From assembly GCA_951406725.2 (NCBI GenBank), contig OX597828.1:63240001-63304000 (forward strand): a stretch of DNA of 64,000 bases, written 5' to 3'. Origin of the DNA: Octopus vulgaris (lineage: Eukaryota). The translations under genes and the position numbers were made by a program. The notes beneath the pieces were generated by a model, which worked only from the letters and a program-made list of their open reading frames with translations, was not told where the DNA came from and made no database searches. This document shows positions 21,170 through 34,483 of the stretch, one piece after another. Positions within the stretch are counted from its first letter, which is position 1; each line of letters starts with the position of its first letter.

Positions 21170-21700
21170 ATCACACCATGTTCCAAATAGATAAGAGCAG
21201 CGAATTGCTCCTTTGTAGAATGTGTGGCAGCAAAAGCGAAACAATCTCACATATTGTGAGTGAGTGTAGCAAGCTGGCCCAAAAGCACTACAAAAGAAGA
21301 CACAATAATGTGACTAAGTTTGTTGATTGTAGACTGAAAAGTACAGTCTTGAAAGAATACGAAAATGGTAGGAACATGAAGTCACTCAGAATAATAAATA
21401 TAAGATCTTGTGGAATTTTACAATCCAGTGTGATTCACTGATTGATGTTCGGAGACCAGACATTGTTGTAGTGGATAAAGGAAAAAGGAAACTAAGATCA
21501 TAGATATTGCCGTACCTGGGTATGCAGGCGTAGGTGAGAAAGAGGTGGAAAAGATGGAGAAATACAAACTAAAAAATGGCGAAATTACAAGAATGTGGTC
21601 AATGAAGAGAGTAGTTGTAGAGGCACTGGAAGCATTAACAATCAGGATTGAGGAAATATGTTGGAGAAACCGGAATTGACATGAAAGTAGGACAGGCTCA
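21170..21700 (+). mobile_element. R4/Dong-type LINE fragment (CCHC knuckle plus restriction-like endonuclease)
   Basis: CRMCGSKSETISHIVSEC...YKRRHNNV, then ILWNFTIQCD...RRPDIVVVDK...IIDIAVPG. Confidence 0.85.
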
Positions 21701-22838
21701 GAAAACTGGGATCTAGTCTTTCTCATTCGTAAAATGAGTCCCCTTCCCCTCCTAATTTTGCTCAGATTGATTTCAATTTTGGTGTATCGATGCAACTCTG
21801 AATTTTGATTATGATCAACCAATTACTTTTATCTTGTAAATTAAAGAAGCTGATGTTATTTGGAATTAAAGTTGGGAAATTTGGGTAATTTTCGCCAAGC
21901 AACAGACAGCGTGGCATTAGCAGCTTGTTACCATGACAACGGCACGCTGCATTGTGGTTCACTTCATTGTTGTCTGTGACACACGATGGTCTATGTTGAT
22001 TTTTCACACTTGATTCTTCACACCACGTGATTCTTTACACCCACGTGTTTTGTTTTAATTTTTCTGTGTGTTAGAATATTACATATTTTTGAATTCTGCA
22101 TGCAATAACATATAAGATGCAGGAATTCCTTTCCTTGGGACAAACTCTTTGTTGACCAGTGTCATTCTTATCGTAGTTTACAAATCCAAGCATGAAAACG
22201 TTACTCGACTTTGGAGTTTTGGACAAAGACGCCCCCTTCACACACACACATACATGAATGCATAAATGTACATATAAACTTATATATGAATACATACATC
22301 CACATGCACTTATATATTAATGATGTACATAAATACATGGCAGGTATACATAGCACTGAAATACGCATAAATTAAACACATGCAGACAAATATATTAACA
22401 TAACAAATTTAATCAATGAAGAGACAAAACAGTAAGATGATACATGTTGATTTTATTAGGTATTTCTGTTTATTTAGAAACCCACAATGAACAGGTCAGA
22501 TGCTAAACTATAAATTTCACAGGGTACAACCTTAAAGTTGATACCTCTCCGCTAAATGCAGAAAATTTCTGTCTCGCTATTGGCTCCAATTTTCTCTCTC
22601 CACAACATCATACCTTCATAGCAATGAGACTGGAAGATTACATTATTATAGCCGATTTTCTGATTTTTTACTTCCTTTTAAAAAATGTATATTTTGCGAA
22701 TGAAAAAAGCTAGATCCGAAAACTGCTCTATTGGGGACAGTAAAGATTTTGAGATTGATACTTGGATGTTTAGTACCTTCCACGATACTTACACCTAAGT
22801 ACCAAGTCTTATTTGACAACAGGTAAGACTGAGAGCTC

Positions 22839-23140
<302 letters not shown>

Positions 23141-23416
23141 CATTGTATATAGAGCCGAGGTGTACTGCAACTGGTCGGAGAAGGTTAAAAGAGGGGAGAG
23201 AAAGTGGGCGTAAACAAAGTGAAGAAAGACAGGTAAAAGTGCCCGCATAGTTCACAGAATAATCTTTAGAAATGATAATGATTTATTCTGAGCATCGTGC
23301 GTGTATTTTTGTGTGTGTCTTTGTATGTGCACGCACACTGGCACCCCTCCCACCACATATCATACATGATAAGTGATAGGAGTAGCAGTAACTAAGTATA
23401 CCTGCCTTAACCAAGT

Positions 23417-24213
23417 ACCAACAGCAATGAAAATTAATAACACAAGATATTGTATCGCGTGCTGTAACGATTGTGTAAATAATAGCGTCTGTTTTAGGTA
23501 GAAAGCCAGCGGTTTTGAGGGGAGGGCTGGTCGATAGCATTGGCCCTCGTACTTGAGTTCTCCTGGGATGTATTATAATTTATCCGAAAGAGGGCGCTGG
23601 ATTGGCAGTATCGTGACAGAGTTGGAAATAATGCCTTGCAATTTCTTTTCCGTTTTTTTAAAAACATTTCCTGCGTTCAAATCCTGGCGAGGTCCTTTCT
23701 TGCCTACAGGGTACATACCAAGCACTAACGTCAATGTAATCGACTATTCCACCCCCGCTGAAAATGGCCAGCGTTGTTCGTAAATCAGAATTCATTAAAA
23801 TATGTCTGGAATATAAGGCGGCGCGCCGGACGAGATGCTCAGCGGCATGTCGTCTGTCTTTTCGTTCTGAGTTCAAATTTCGACGAAATCGACGTTGCCT
23901 TTTATTCTTTCGAGGTCAATAAAACAACGTACCAATTGTGCATTGGGGCTGGTGTGATCAACTTACCTACTCACCCCTGAAATTGCTGGCCTTGCGCCAA
24001 AATTAGAAACTAATAGATCTGGAATAATGAAAGTCAAATTCGAACTGCATTCGTTACGATTCGATCTCAGAACCAACAGCAATGAAAATTAATTACACAA
24101 GATATTGTATTGCGTGCTGTAACGATTGTGTAAATAATAGCGTCTGTTTTAGGCAGAAAGCCAGCGGTTTTGAGGGGAGGGCTGGTCGATAGCATTGGCC
24201 CTCGTACTTGAGT
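23417..24213 (+). repeat. 142-bp direct duplication (23417-23558 and 24072-24213)
   Basis: ACCAACAGCAATGAAAATTAAT...GGCCCTCGTACTTGAGT occurs twice, with about 3 differences. Confidence 0.9.
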
Positions 24214-25408
24214 GGTACTTTATTTTATCAACCCTGGAAAAATAAAAAGCAAATTTGGTCTTGGTATGATTTGAACCCAAACCGTAAATAGTTGGAATGA
24301 ATACTGCAAAGCCTTTTCTCCGATGCCCTCACGGTTCTGCCATTTCGCAGTCTTTAATTCTGTCAATAATAATTTCTCGGGTAAGAAGGGAAAACGGATC
24401 TCTGTCTGTTTCGACGATGAGGATTCAGTTGTTCGATCAACCAAATTACTTGCCCCTGAATTAGCATAAACGTGGCTGAATATTCCACAGACATGTGTAT
24501 CCTTAATATAATTTTCAGGCAGGATCAAGGCGGTGAGCTGGCAGAAATGTTCGCACGCTGTCCTTACGTTCTGAGTTCAAATTCCATCGAGGTCGACTTT
24601 ACCTTTCATCCTTTCAGGGTTGATAAATTAAGTACCAGTTGCGTACTGGTGTTGATCTAATCGAGTGACCACTATCTCCAAAATTTCGGGCCTTGTGCCT
24701 AGAGTAGAAAAGAATTTTCAGGCAGGATTAAATGACACTATTTTTCAGACAAGGTTCTACCAATCAAGTACAAATAAATCCCAACCGACGGGATTCCGCA
24801 CAGCTTCCATCTTCCCAATTTCGTTGCAAAAAGCTTATGTCGGCACGAAATAATGATTAATAAAATTTGCTCAAGATGTCACTTAATGAAATCGAACTCG
24901 GGGCCTCGTAATTGCGAAACGGAATTTTAAACTATTCACCTAAGTGAATAGGAATGTTTTCAGGGGAGATAACTTTAGCTAAAAACTTAGGTAAATGGAA
25001 AGAGTTGCTTCCCTTAAAAATCAATTTGTTCGTTAATTTATGTTTTGTTAATTTGTTTCTTTCTACGTTTTACTTGTTACAGTCAATGGAATGCGGCCAT
25101 GCTGGGGCACTGACTTGAAGGGTTTTAGTCGAACAAATCGACTTCAGCATTTATATTTTAAGTGCATTTATTCCATAGATCTCTGAGGCCGAACCACGAG
25201 ATTACGAGGACATATACAAACCAACACCGGTTGTTAACGGTGGTGGGGGGACAAACAAATATGCAAAGACATACATACACAGTTATATGCATATATGCAC
25301 ACGACGGGCTTCTTTCAGTTTCCGTCTAACAAATCCAGTCACAAGGCTTTACTGGGCCCGAGGCTATAGTAGAAGACCTTTGCCCAAGGTACCACACACA
25401 CTCACACA

Positions 25409-28400
25409 CAAGGTGTAGGGGTTGGTTTTTGACATTTTGCATAAAAGGGTTCGAAACCATAATATCCCATAGAAAAAAATAAGATTATTTTATAAAAAGT
25501 TCTAAAAATATCAAGCAGATTATTGCAGGGAGAAAACATTTTATTCAAAGTCGCTGCGCTACGTTTCCATCATGGCGTTAAGACGGTTCCGGATTCAGGT
25601 GCATTCCTCACTTTGGATTCCTGGGGAGATCTTGGAACGCCTCCTTGATTTTGACCACCAGCTTAGTCTTGGTGTAGTAGAATGAGCAGATGTTGCCTTT
25701 CTTAACCGCACTCCAGTCATAAGGATTACATTTGATGGAATTAAGAGGCCAGAAATTCGGGCTGGTGAAGTTGGAGAAATTCTCCGATAACCACTTCTGA
25801 CTGTTTCTGGAGGAACGGCAAAGAGCGAAATTCTGCTGCCACGCATATGGTCTTCGAGCATCAACCCTCTCCAGCCAAGGTTTGACCGCAGTCTCCAGCT
25901 GCTTTACATAACTGTTTGAATTGAGCCTAAGGCCCTGTTCAAAAGTTTTGAGGATGAATTCCGGTGAACGGACGTAGTCTGAACGTCTGGTGTGGCCCTT
26001 CCAGATCGGCACCACTTTGTAGTCTCTGTTGCACACCTTACAGTCTTTCCAGTGTTCAAAGAGCATTGACCAGCAACGAAGAAGAGGCAGTTGCAGTTCC
26101 AAACCAGGCGGGAAAGTTATGACCACTAAATCCATTCCGATCGACCCCAAAGGCCTACATAGGTCTGATGGCTACGAACCGCCCTTTCTAATTTATCCGA
26201 TGAAGAATCGAATGCCGCAGTTCACAGTAGAGAACAGAAAGACCTTTTTGCCCACTCAAGATCAGCAATCATTTATGGTAAAGCTGAATCCACCGGTGAT
26301 ACAGGCATAAAACGCCTAAAAGATGACATAAATTTTGTTTCCGTTTTAGTTGGAGAATTGTTCTCTGTCAACGAAAATGTCAATATCCTTAAGGTTGCTC
26401 GGCTAGGAAGATTCCAAGTGAACTCAACCTCAGACACTAGACCACGCCCAACAAGAGTAATCCATTCTTCCGATCAGGAGGCTTCAACCCTCTGAACAGA
26501 GTTCAGAAGCATGCCTGGGAGGACCCCAATATGGGTTTTCGCGAGGAATACTCATTGAGAGAGAGAATTCGCCGGAGAAACCTAATATCTGAACTGAAGA
26601 TGAGAAAATAGATGGGAGAGAAGGGTTTACGCATCCAAGATGGACAAATAATCAAGTCCTACCTCTGGTCGCATGCTGTAGTGCTGACAGGGAAAGTGAA
26701 TCGAGGGCGAATCGAAGTAAAGTAGATACCCCCAACAACGATGCTATATCTGATACCCCTTATTCTGCTTGTTCCCTAATTCCCGCCCCTCAAACTTCAC
26801 AGCTCAGCATCGTCTATACCAACTCGTGCTCCTTATTTCCAAAGTTCAGCGAACTATTTACACTGGCCATGCGTGATTCCCCAGATGTGATAGCTATCAC
26901 CAAGACTTGGCTGACTCCAGCAGTAAAGGACTCAGAAATCCACCTACAGGGCTACGCCCTCTTCAGATGTGACAGAGAAAAAAGGCGAGGTGCAGGTGTT
27001 GCTGTGTATGTTAAATCTGATCTCAAACCGTCCAGCGGTATTCTACCCACTAATGCTCAACCTGCAACAAAATTCGATGCCGTCTATTGCAAGCTGAGCC
27101 TATCCGGGTTTTGCCTGCCGTGTTAGCTGTCTACTGGCCGCCTCTTGCCGACCCCCAGGACGATGCTCATTTACTCGAAGCGATAAGATTCGTTACAGCT
27201 TCTCATGACTGCGTGATATTAGGAGACTTCAACGCTCCCACGATCGACTGGCCCGCATCAATTTGTACATCATCTTCCCGGTTCGGCCAGGCCCTTCTTG
27301 ACGTGGCTGAAGATTGTTTTCTATCGCAACATGTTGAATCTCCGACAAGGCATCGGTATGGGCAGCAGCCATCTATGCTGGATCTGGTATTCTCCCGCTA
27401 TCCAAGATCAGTGTCAGGCTTATCTGTGTGCGCCCCTCTTGCCAAGAGTGATCATGCGGTCCTGAAGTTCGACATGCACACAACTTTTTCTACACCCACG
27501 ACTACTGCGCTGCCACGTAGAGTCTTCTCTGCAATCAATCTTGAAATTCTAACCGAGGCTTCTGCGCTTCTGGACGGGCGATCCCTGATGACGATGTCCT
27601 CAGCTGACGAATTATGGTCGTCCCTCAAGCATATGTAATCTGGTTGACTGACCAAGCAGTTCCCGTTGGGCTTCCCAAGAAGAAGAAACACAAGCCCTGG
27701 GTGACGAAGAAGGTTAAACGAGAACTTCAACTCAGAAATATTGCTTGGGTTGAATTCAAAAATCTAGATTCGACTGCAGCTTTTGAGGTGTACAAAACTC
27801 AACGAGACCGAGCCGTGAAAATTGAAAAGGAAGAACGCTTCAGATATGAATACAGAATTGCGGCAAACGCCAGTCGCAATCCAAAAACCTTCTTTGCTCA
27901 TGTCCAACGGAATTCCCGCTTGAACAACCAAATTGCAACGTTGGTAGACTCAACAGGCATATCGATTGAGGACCCTTATCAGCAGAGTCAGTTATTTACC
28001 GAGGCTTTTTCAACAATTTTCAAACAAGATGATGGTCGTGAACCCCCTCCATTTCATAGATCGGTACCTCCAATGCCTAGATTGGTCATCACTCGGGACG
28101 AAGGCGAACGCGTTATTCAAGGCCTCGATGTCAACAAGGGTCACGGCCCCGACGGCATACACCCACAGGTTATCAAAGCGTTGGCTCCGGTCATGGGCGA
28201 ACCTTTAACACTTCTATTCAATATGTCATTGGCGACGGGTATTATACCTGCGGACTGGAGAACAGCGATAATCTGCCCGATTTTCAAGAAAGGGAGCCAC
28301 CAAGACCTGCTTAACTACCGACCGGTTTCCCTTACTTCAGTAATCAGCAAGATGTTCGAAACCATCCTTAAGAAAAGTATGTTGCTCCACCTCCAAAACA

Positions 28401-29846
28401 CAGCCTCTATCTCTGATTCCCAACACGGCTTCGTGCCGAAGAGATCATGCTTGACCAACTTACTGGTAATGGAAGAATTGGTGATGCGTATCCTGGATGA
28501 TGGTGATGCTGTTGACATCGTTTTATTGGACTTTGCCAAAGCTTTTGACTCGGTTAACCACCGTCTATTACTTGTCAAGCTTTAAGCATATCGTTTCCAT
28601 CCGGATATTGTACGATGGGTTGGTGCCTTCCTCTCAGATCGCTCCTTCCAAGTCCAAGTTAATGGTTCGCTGTCCGACGCCTCCAGTGCGAGCAGTGCTT
28701 GGGCCGTTACTGTTTTTAGTCTTCATAAATGACTTACCCGACGACCTCACGCAACACACCCTTCTATTTGCCGATGATGTCAAACTGGTCGCTCCTCGCG
28801 GTGATATAGATGATCTTCGTCGATGCCTCCACCAAGTTTGGAGATGGTCAAACGAATGGGACCTGTGTCTGAACGCGTCAAAGTGCTGTCATCTGCCTGT
28901 TGGCTCCTCTCCTGCAACTCAACTTGATTTCGAGCCGGGTCATCTGCTGCTGGAGAGGACCGACCAGGTAAAGGACATGGGTATCTTGGTGGATTCTTCC
29001 TTTTCGCCTTCGGCCCAGTGCGTCCATGCTGCCAACAAAGCACGTGGAGTTCTGTTTTTGATTCGACGGTCATTCGGAATGCTCACAGCAGCCATATTCC
29101 TACCTCTCTATGTCACGTTGGTGAGACCCATATTCTCCTTATCTCCTCAAAGACATACATCATCTCGAAAGAGTCCAGAAGCTGGCTACCCGCATGGTTC
29201 TTGGTCTCAAGCATTTGTCTTATGAAGAAAGGCTGAAGACGCTCGACCTTTATTCTCTAGAAAAACGTCGACGCCGTGGTGATCTCATTCTCGCTCACAA
29301 CATCATAAGCGGAAAGTGTAACCTCTCGAAAGAGCTGTTCTTCACTTCTGCTCCGGAGCATCGGCTGCGGGGTCACTCCGAAAAGCTCTATCTGCGACGA
29401 TTTCATCTCAATCGAAGGAGAGGGCTTTCTCCGTCCGAGTTGCGGATCCGTGGAATAAGCTGCCGGACGAGATAGTGAAGATGCCGACGACCGCTCGGTT
29501 CAAAGTCTCTCTTGACCAGAAATGGCATGAACTCTTTGCATGAAAACCACCCTATACATAACTCCATGTCCCCCTACATGGCCTTGCTTTTTGCTTTTTG
29601 AGCCCAAAAATTAACTTAACTTAACTAATGTCAGCATTTTGATACTTGACACGAATCATCATGATACAAGTAACTTTTTCTCAATATTCCGATGGCTGCT
29701 AGTCTTCCTGATCAGCTAACTTTTATTTTTCAACTACACCTTCAATCTTTATGCTCCCCAACGCCGTTCATTGTTCATCAATATATGAAGGTATTCATGA
29801 AAAGAGGAGACATGCGAGAATCGTCAAACTCAGTTCGAATACCCTG
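25409..29846 (-). mobile_element. Decayed Tc1/mariner-superfamily (maT/DD37D-like) DNA transposon interrupted by a CR1 LINE
   Basis: 25560-25960 encodes FEQGLRLNSNSYVKQLE..VKPWL...YAWQQ...SQKWL.ENF..F.SPNFWP.NS..CNP.DW (transposase catalytic end). Degenerate TIRs CAAGGTGT...TTTGACATTTTGCAT (25409) and CAGGGTAT...TTTGACGATTCTCGCAT (ending at 29846, followed by TA). The transposase call is firmer than the outer boundary. Confidence 0.65.
25965..29627 (+). mobile_element. Near full-length CR1-clade LINE (ORF1 remnant, APE endonuclease, RT) with a few frameshifts and stops; (AACTT)n tail
   Basis: ORF1-like RLG...RPRP and L..ELK.R motifs. APE: PDVIAITKTWL, GAGVAVYV, ILGDFNAP.IDW, LDLVFS, SDH. RT: GPDGIHP, PIFKKG, NYRPVSLTS, QHGF..KRSCLTNL, LDFAKAFDSV.H, GPLLFLVFINDL, LFADDVKL, LSYEERL...RRRRGDLI. 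Ends TTAACTTAACTTAACT. Confidence 0.95.
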
Positions 29847-29897
29847 TATACCTGTATACGCACGTACTTACGTACCTACATACCTTCCCACCCGCCT

Positions 29898-30282
29898 TGC
29901 TACCTACCTACCTACCTACCTACCTACATACCTACCTACCTACCTACCTACCTACCTACCTACCTACCTACCTACCTACCTATCTGCCTACCTACCTACC
30001 TACCTACCTACCTACCTACCTACCTACCTACCTACATACTTACCTACCTACCTACCTACCTACCTACATACATACATACATACATACATACATACATACA
30101 TACATACATAATTACCTACCTACCTACCTACATACATACATACATACATACATACATACATACATACATACATACATAATTACCTACCTACCTACCTACA
30201 TACATACATACATACATACATACATACATACATAGATACATTCATTCACTCAAACATACATACATACATACATACATACATA
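29898..30282 (+). repeat. (CCTA)n/(CATA)n compound microsatellite
   Basis: Directly visible. Confidence 0.95.
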
Positions 30283-30291
30283 TCAATGTAA

Positions 30292-32636
30292 CTCATAATT
30301 CCTTTGTAGACGACCTGAAGATTTATGCTAAAAGTGTTAGCAATGCCAAAAAACAACTGGAATTAATAACAATATTTTCAGCTGATATAGACATGGAATT
30401 TGGCCAAAAGAAGTGTTCATATTTGGTTATAGAATGAGGAAAGTTAGTCCCCCAAACCCAAAACTTGTGCATCAACGGTCTCTCTATCTTCCCCATTCCA
30501 CACAAAGAATGTTACAAGTACTTAGGCATAGACGAAAATGTATCATATGAAGGCACTGTGAATAAAGATAGAGTGACCCGAGAATATTACACCAGACTTT
30601 GGAAAATATGGAAGTCGGAACTCTCTTCTTACAACAAAACAATATCCCACAATGCATTTGCAGTACCAGTGCTGATCCCAATATTTGGGATACTTGATTG
30701 GTCTGCAGAGGAAATCCACTCCATAGATATCAAAACCCGCAAAATCCTGACAACAACTGGGAACTTCCACAGAAACAGCGATGTTGACAGGCTCTACCTA
30801 AGAAGAAATGAAGATGGTAGAGGCCTGAGATCAGTGCAAACGGCCTTCGAAAGCTGTATGGTATCACTCAGGCAGCACTTGCTGAACAACAGCAGCAAAA
30901 ATAAATATATAAATGCAGTGCTGAAAAGTGAAGTGAGCAACATTGTACGAGTGGGCAGTGAGCTCCTCAAGAAGCACCCTCTTCCTGATGATCTCCAATA
31001 CAGCCCAAAAACAGCTGAGCTCTCTTACCTCAGAGAAGACTTCTATTGGAAAGCATTCAGCATACAAAAAATAAAAAGACTCTGCATGGGTATGTTGCCC
31101 GGAAGCTTGAAGAAGACAGTAGAATTGATACGAAGCGCACCCGCTGTTGGACACAAGACCACCACATCACATCACACTTTGAAGGCTATGCGGTTGCAAT
31201 CCAGGAACAGGAGATTGTATCAAAGTACCTGATGAACAAGAGAGACAGTGACGCTCTTGTAATCCCAAGGTGCAACCGCATTTGTAGGCTACGTCATGAT
31301 TATGTGGAAGACATTACGCATGTGATTAGCAGCTGTCCTAATATGTCGCCACGGTACTTCCACACTATGCGGCACGATGTTGTCGCTAAAACAATTTACC
31401 ATGCCATCCGCAAAAAAGACTGTCCTGAAATAAACTTAGAAAATCCCTCTCTAATGGAATAAATTCATAAACACCAACTCAAGGAATACTGGTGGAATAT
31501 TCCCATCAAAATGTCTGTCAAATGTAACAGGCCGGATATTGTTGTTAAGGTATGTACCATCATAGAGGTCAGCTGCCCTGCAGATATAAATATCTCTTTG
31601 AAAGTCAAAGGAAAAGAGGATATCTATGGACAACTGCTTCGAAATCCCCAGCTTCTATATTTAGACTGCGAGGGACGTTCAATAAGTAATGCCTCTGACC
31701 CACTTGCAGTTGTTTGATCTAGCTGAAATTTTGCATGTGCAATCATTTATATCTCTATAGAGTAAGTGGCAAACTACAGCTCTGAATTAATTGTGGTTTC
31801 TGATTTACAGGTGTTTGAACCGAGTCAAGTGTGAAATGGAGCCTGTTGAGTGTCGAGCAGTGATCCGGTTTTTATATTGGAAAGGACGCACACCACGGGA
31901 GACTTTTGATGAAATGAAAGTAAATTATGATGATGATGCCCCATCATATGACCTTGTAAAACGCTGGCATCGTGAATTCAAACATGGTCGGAACTCTGTG
32001 GAAACAGCTCCCAGATCTGGTCGCCCCTTCTGCCATTGATGAGGCATCTGTCCGTCAAGTTGAGGCTGCCATTTTGGAAGATCGACGCATAGTTATTCGC
32101 CAAATAGCCCATGAGGTCAAGATTAGTACCGGGTCTGTGGAAAATATCATTCATGACCATTTGCATATGCAAAAGGTGTCTGCCAGATGGATTCAAATTT
32201 TTTCAACTCGCTTGTCGCCAGATCAGAAGCACAGGCGTATGGCTATGAACTCCACCTCATCCCCCTACTTTCCTGACCTTGCACCCTCTGATTTTCACCT
32301 CTTCCCAATCATGAAGTTGTTTTTGAAAGGAAAGCGTTTCCCAGATGATGCAGCCTTGATTCGTTCCTATGTAGGAAAAGACTAATAACTGTGCCAAGTT
32401 TCGTTGCTCTACTGCTATGGGAAGTGGGTCAGGGGCATTACTTATTGAACGCCCCGCGTATGAATTCATATTCATACCCATAATAATTGGAGCATTAGGT
32501 TTTGTTAGTAAATGCTTAAAGGAGAATCTGGATAAACTGAGATTTTAAGAAAGAGAAATCGACCGGCTAATTCATACATTACAAGTGCAATTTGTGAGTA
32601 AAAATATGCAAGGCTTTTCTCAAGTTCCAAATGTGA
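30292..32636 (+). mobile_element. R4/Dong-type LINE 3' half (RT, zinc knuckle, restriction-like endonuclease), split by a mariner insertion
   Basis: FVDDLKIYA, FGQKKC, YKYLGI, RLYLRRNEDGRGL, EDITHVISSC, RHDVV, NRPDIV, IIEVSCP. The reading frame resumes after 32460 (LD-Y-EFIFIPIIIGALG). Confidence 0.9.
31669..32458 (+). mobile_element. Internally deleted mariner element with intact ~38-bp TIRs
   Basis: TIRs CGAGGGACGTTCAATAAGTAATGCCTCTGACCCACTT and AAGTGGGTCAGGGGCATTACTTATTGAACGCCCCGCG; TA (left copy TG) target duplication. Transposase motifs RAVIRFL...RWHREFK.GR.SVE..PRSGRP, KVSARW and PY.PDLAPSDFHLF. Confidence 0.93.
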
Positions 32637-34189
32637 ATTTGTCTGTGTTAACTACATCCCAAAGATGGAGCCTTGCATTTTTGTTGGAAACCGGATCCCT
32701 CCGCAGTGGAAGATTTCTAATAATTAGAAAATAGAAGAGGCATGCCTACATACATGATGTTGAAATTCCAATGAAGGAACATTGGATCTAGGTTAGAAAC
32801 CGGCTCTTTCTCTATTGGTATGAAATCTTGAAATAAAACCGAACAATGACATACATACATAATTTGCAGGATCCCCGCGAAACAATGTCGTGATTGATGA
32901 GTTGTCAGAAAGAAAGAAATGTGCCTTAACGAGGCTGTCTTTAAGGAAGCGATCGTATTGAAAGGGAACTTTCAAGGACGCAGATCCCTAGCTTCGCCGG
33001 GAATACAGAGGATATCGCATTAATAAGTATAATCGCTTTCTAATGTGCCAGTTACATTTTTATGCCACACCGCCCCTTTACTTTGTTATTGACGGAGAAT
33101 CTATTCTCTCTTCAACTCCTATTTTTACCTGGGTTTCATTAGCAAAGACTTCCGGTATCTATCTATGGCTCAAACACTCTCTTCCTCATTCATCTGAAAT
33201 TATCTGCTGTCTCTACAACTTCCTAATCTCTCCTAATCTCCATAATCTCTTTGAATTCCTTATTTCCTGCCTTGAAGAAATTTACCATTTATAATTCCTT
33301 AATTCGGCAGATCTTCTGCAACTTCAGTTTGAGCAGCTGTACTTACCTGTACTTGTGCTTACCTGTGGCATTTATTTACATCTCGACCTGTGTAACCTCT
33401 CGACATGCTTGAGATAACAGCGAAATGTCCCTTAAATTTCGCCCATCTCCGCTTTCTTAGAAAGGCATGAATTTATTCACAGCTTAACAAATTTGAGTTA
33501 AAAAGTCTTTTGCGCTGTCTTGGTCACACAGATCACATAATAACTAATGAACCGGCATTTTGGTATCACGGGTCGATGCATTTCTTTTCATAGATATGGA
33601 TAATAAAACTTAGCACGACTTGTGCTGCCCTCGATTTATTGTGACCCCTGCTCTATGTTAGTCCATAATTCAAACTAAATCACGATTTATGAACCCTCGG
33701 TACCTTCGACAAGTTTCTTCCATCGTATACTCATTTCGATTAAAGTCTTGTGACGGAAGACGGGATCTTTACAGAATCCCATCGAAGGGATCTTTACTGT
33801 TGTGAAACGCATTGTTTAGTCAAGCATTACCATCTGGTTCCTTTCGGGTCATTTAAGAAAACCCTTTATTGCAAACGTTAGGTCTAGGGCTCCGGCGTGG
33901 GGATTCCTTCTTCTCTATTTCCCTCTATACACACAAGCCCAGAAAAGAGTCGCGGGTGCAGTCGACCGGCTACCAAGAGGATTCCGCTATAAACTACATT
34001 GTTATTGCGATGTTGTTGTCGGGGTGGTGGTGGTGGTGGGTGTTTGGGGTGTTTAGTGATGTTATGCAGTTTGTTGTTATTGTTGTTGTTGCTATTGTTG
34101 GTGCTGTTAGTGTTGCAATTCCCGGTGGTATTCGTCTTAACCAATGATGGAACACACGATGTATTATTATGGTTGTCGTCACTAATCCA

Positions 34190-34260
<71 letters not shown>

Positions 34261-34299
34261 TCTCCCCCACCACTTCTTGTTGTTTTAGCTAAGTTTGAA

Positions 34300-34483
34300 T
34301 TTTTTTCTTTATTGCCCACAAGGGGCTAAACATAGAGGGGACAAACAGGGATAGACAAAGGCATTAAGTCGATTACATCGACCCCAATGCGAGAGGATGA
34401 AAGGCAAAGTCGACCTCGGCAGAATTTGAACTCAGAACGTAAAGATAGGCGAAATACCGCTAAGCATTTCGCCCGGCGTGCTA
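34300..34483 (-). mobile_element. SINE family A variant
   Basis: GGATGAAAGGCAAAGTCGACCTCGGCAGAATTTGAACTCAGAACG...TAAGCATTTCGCCCGGCGTGCTAA. Confidence 0.8.
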
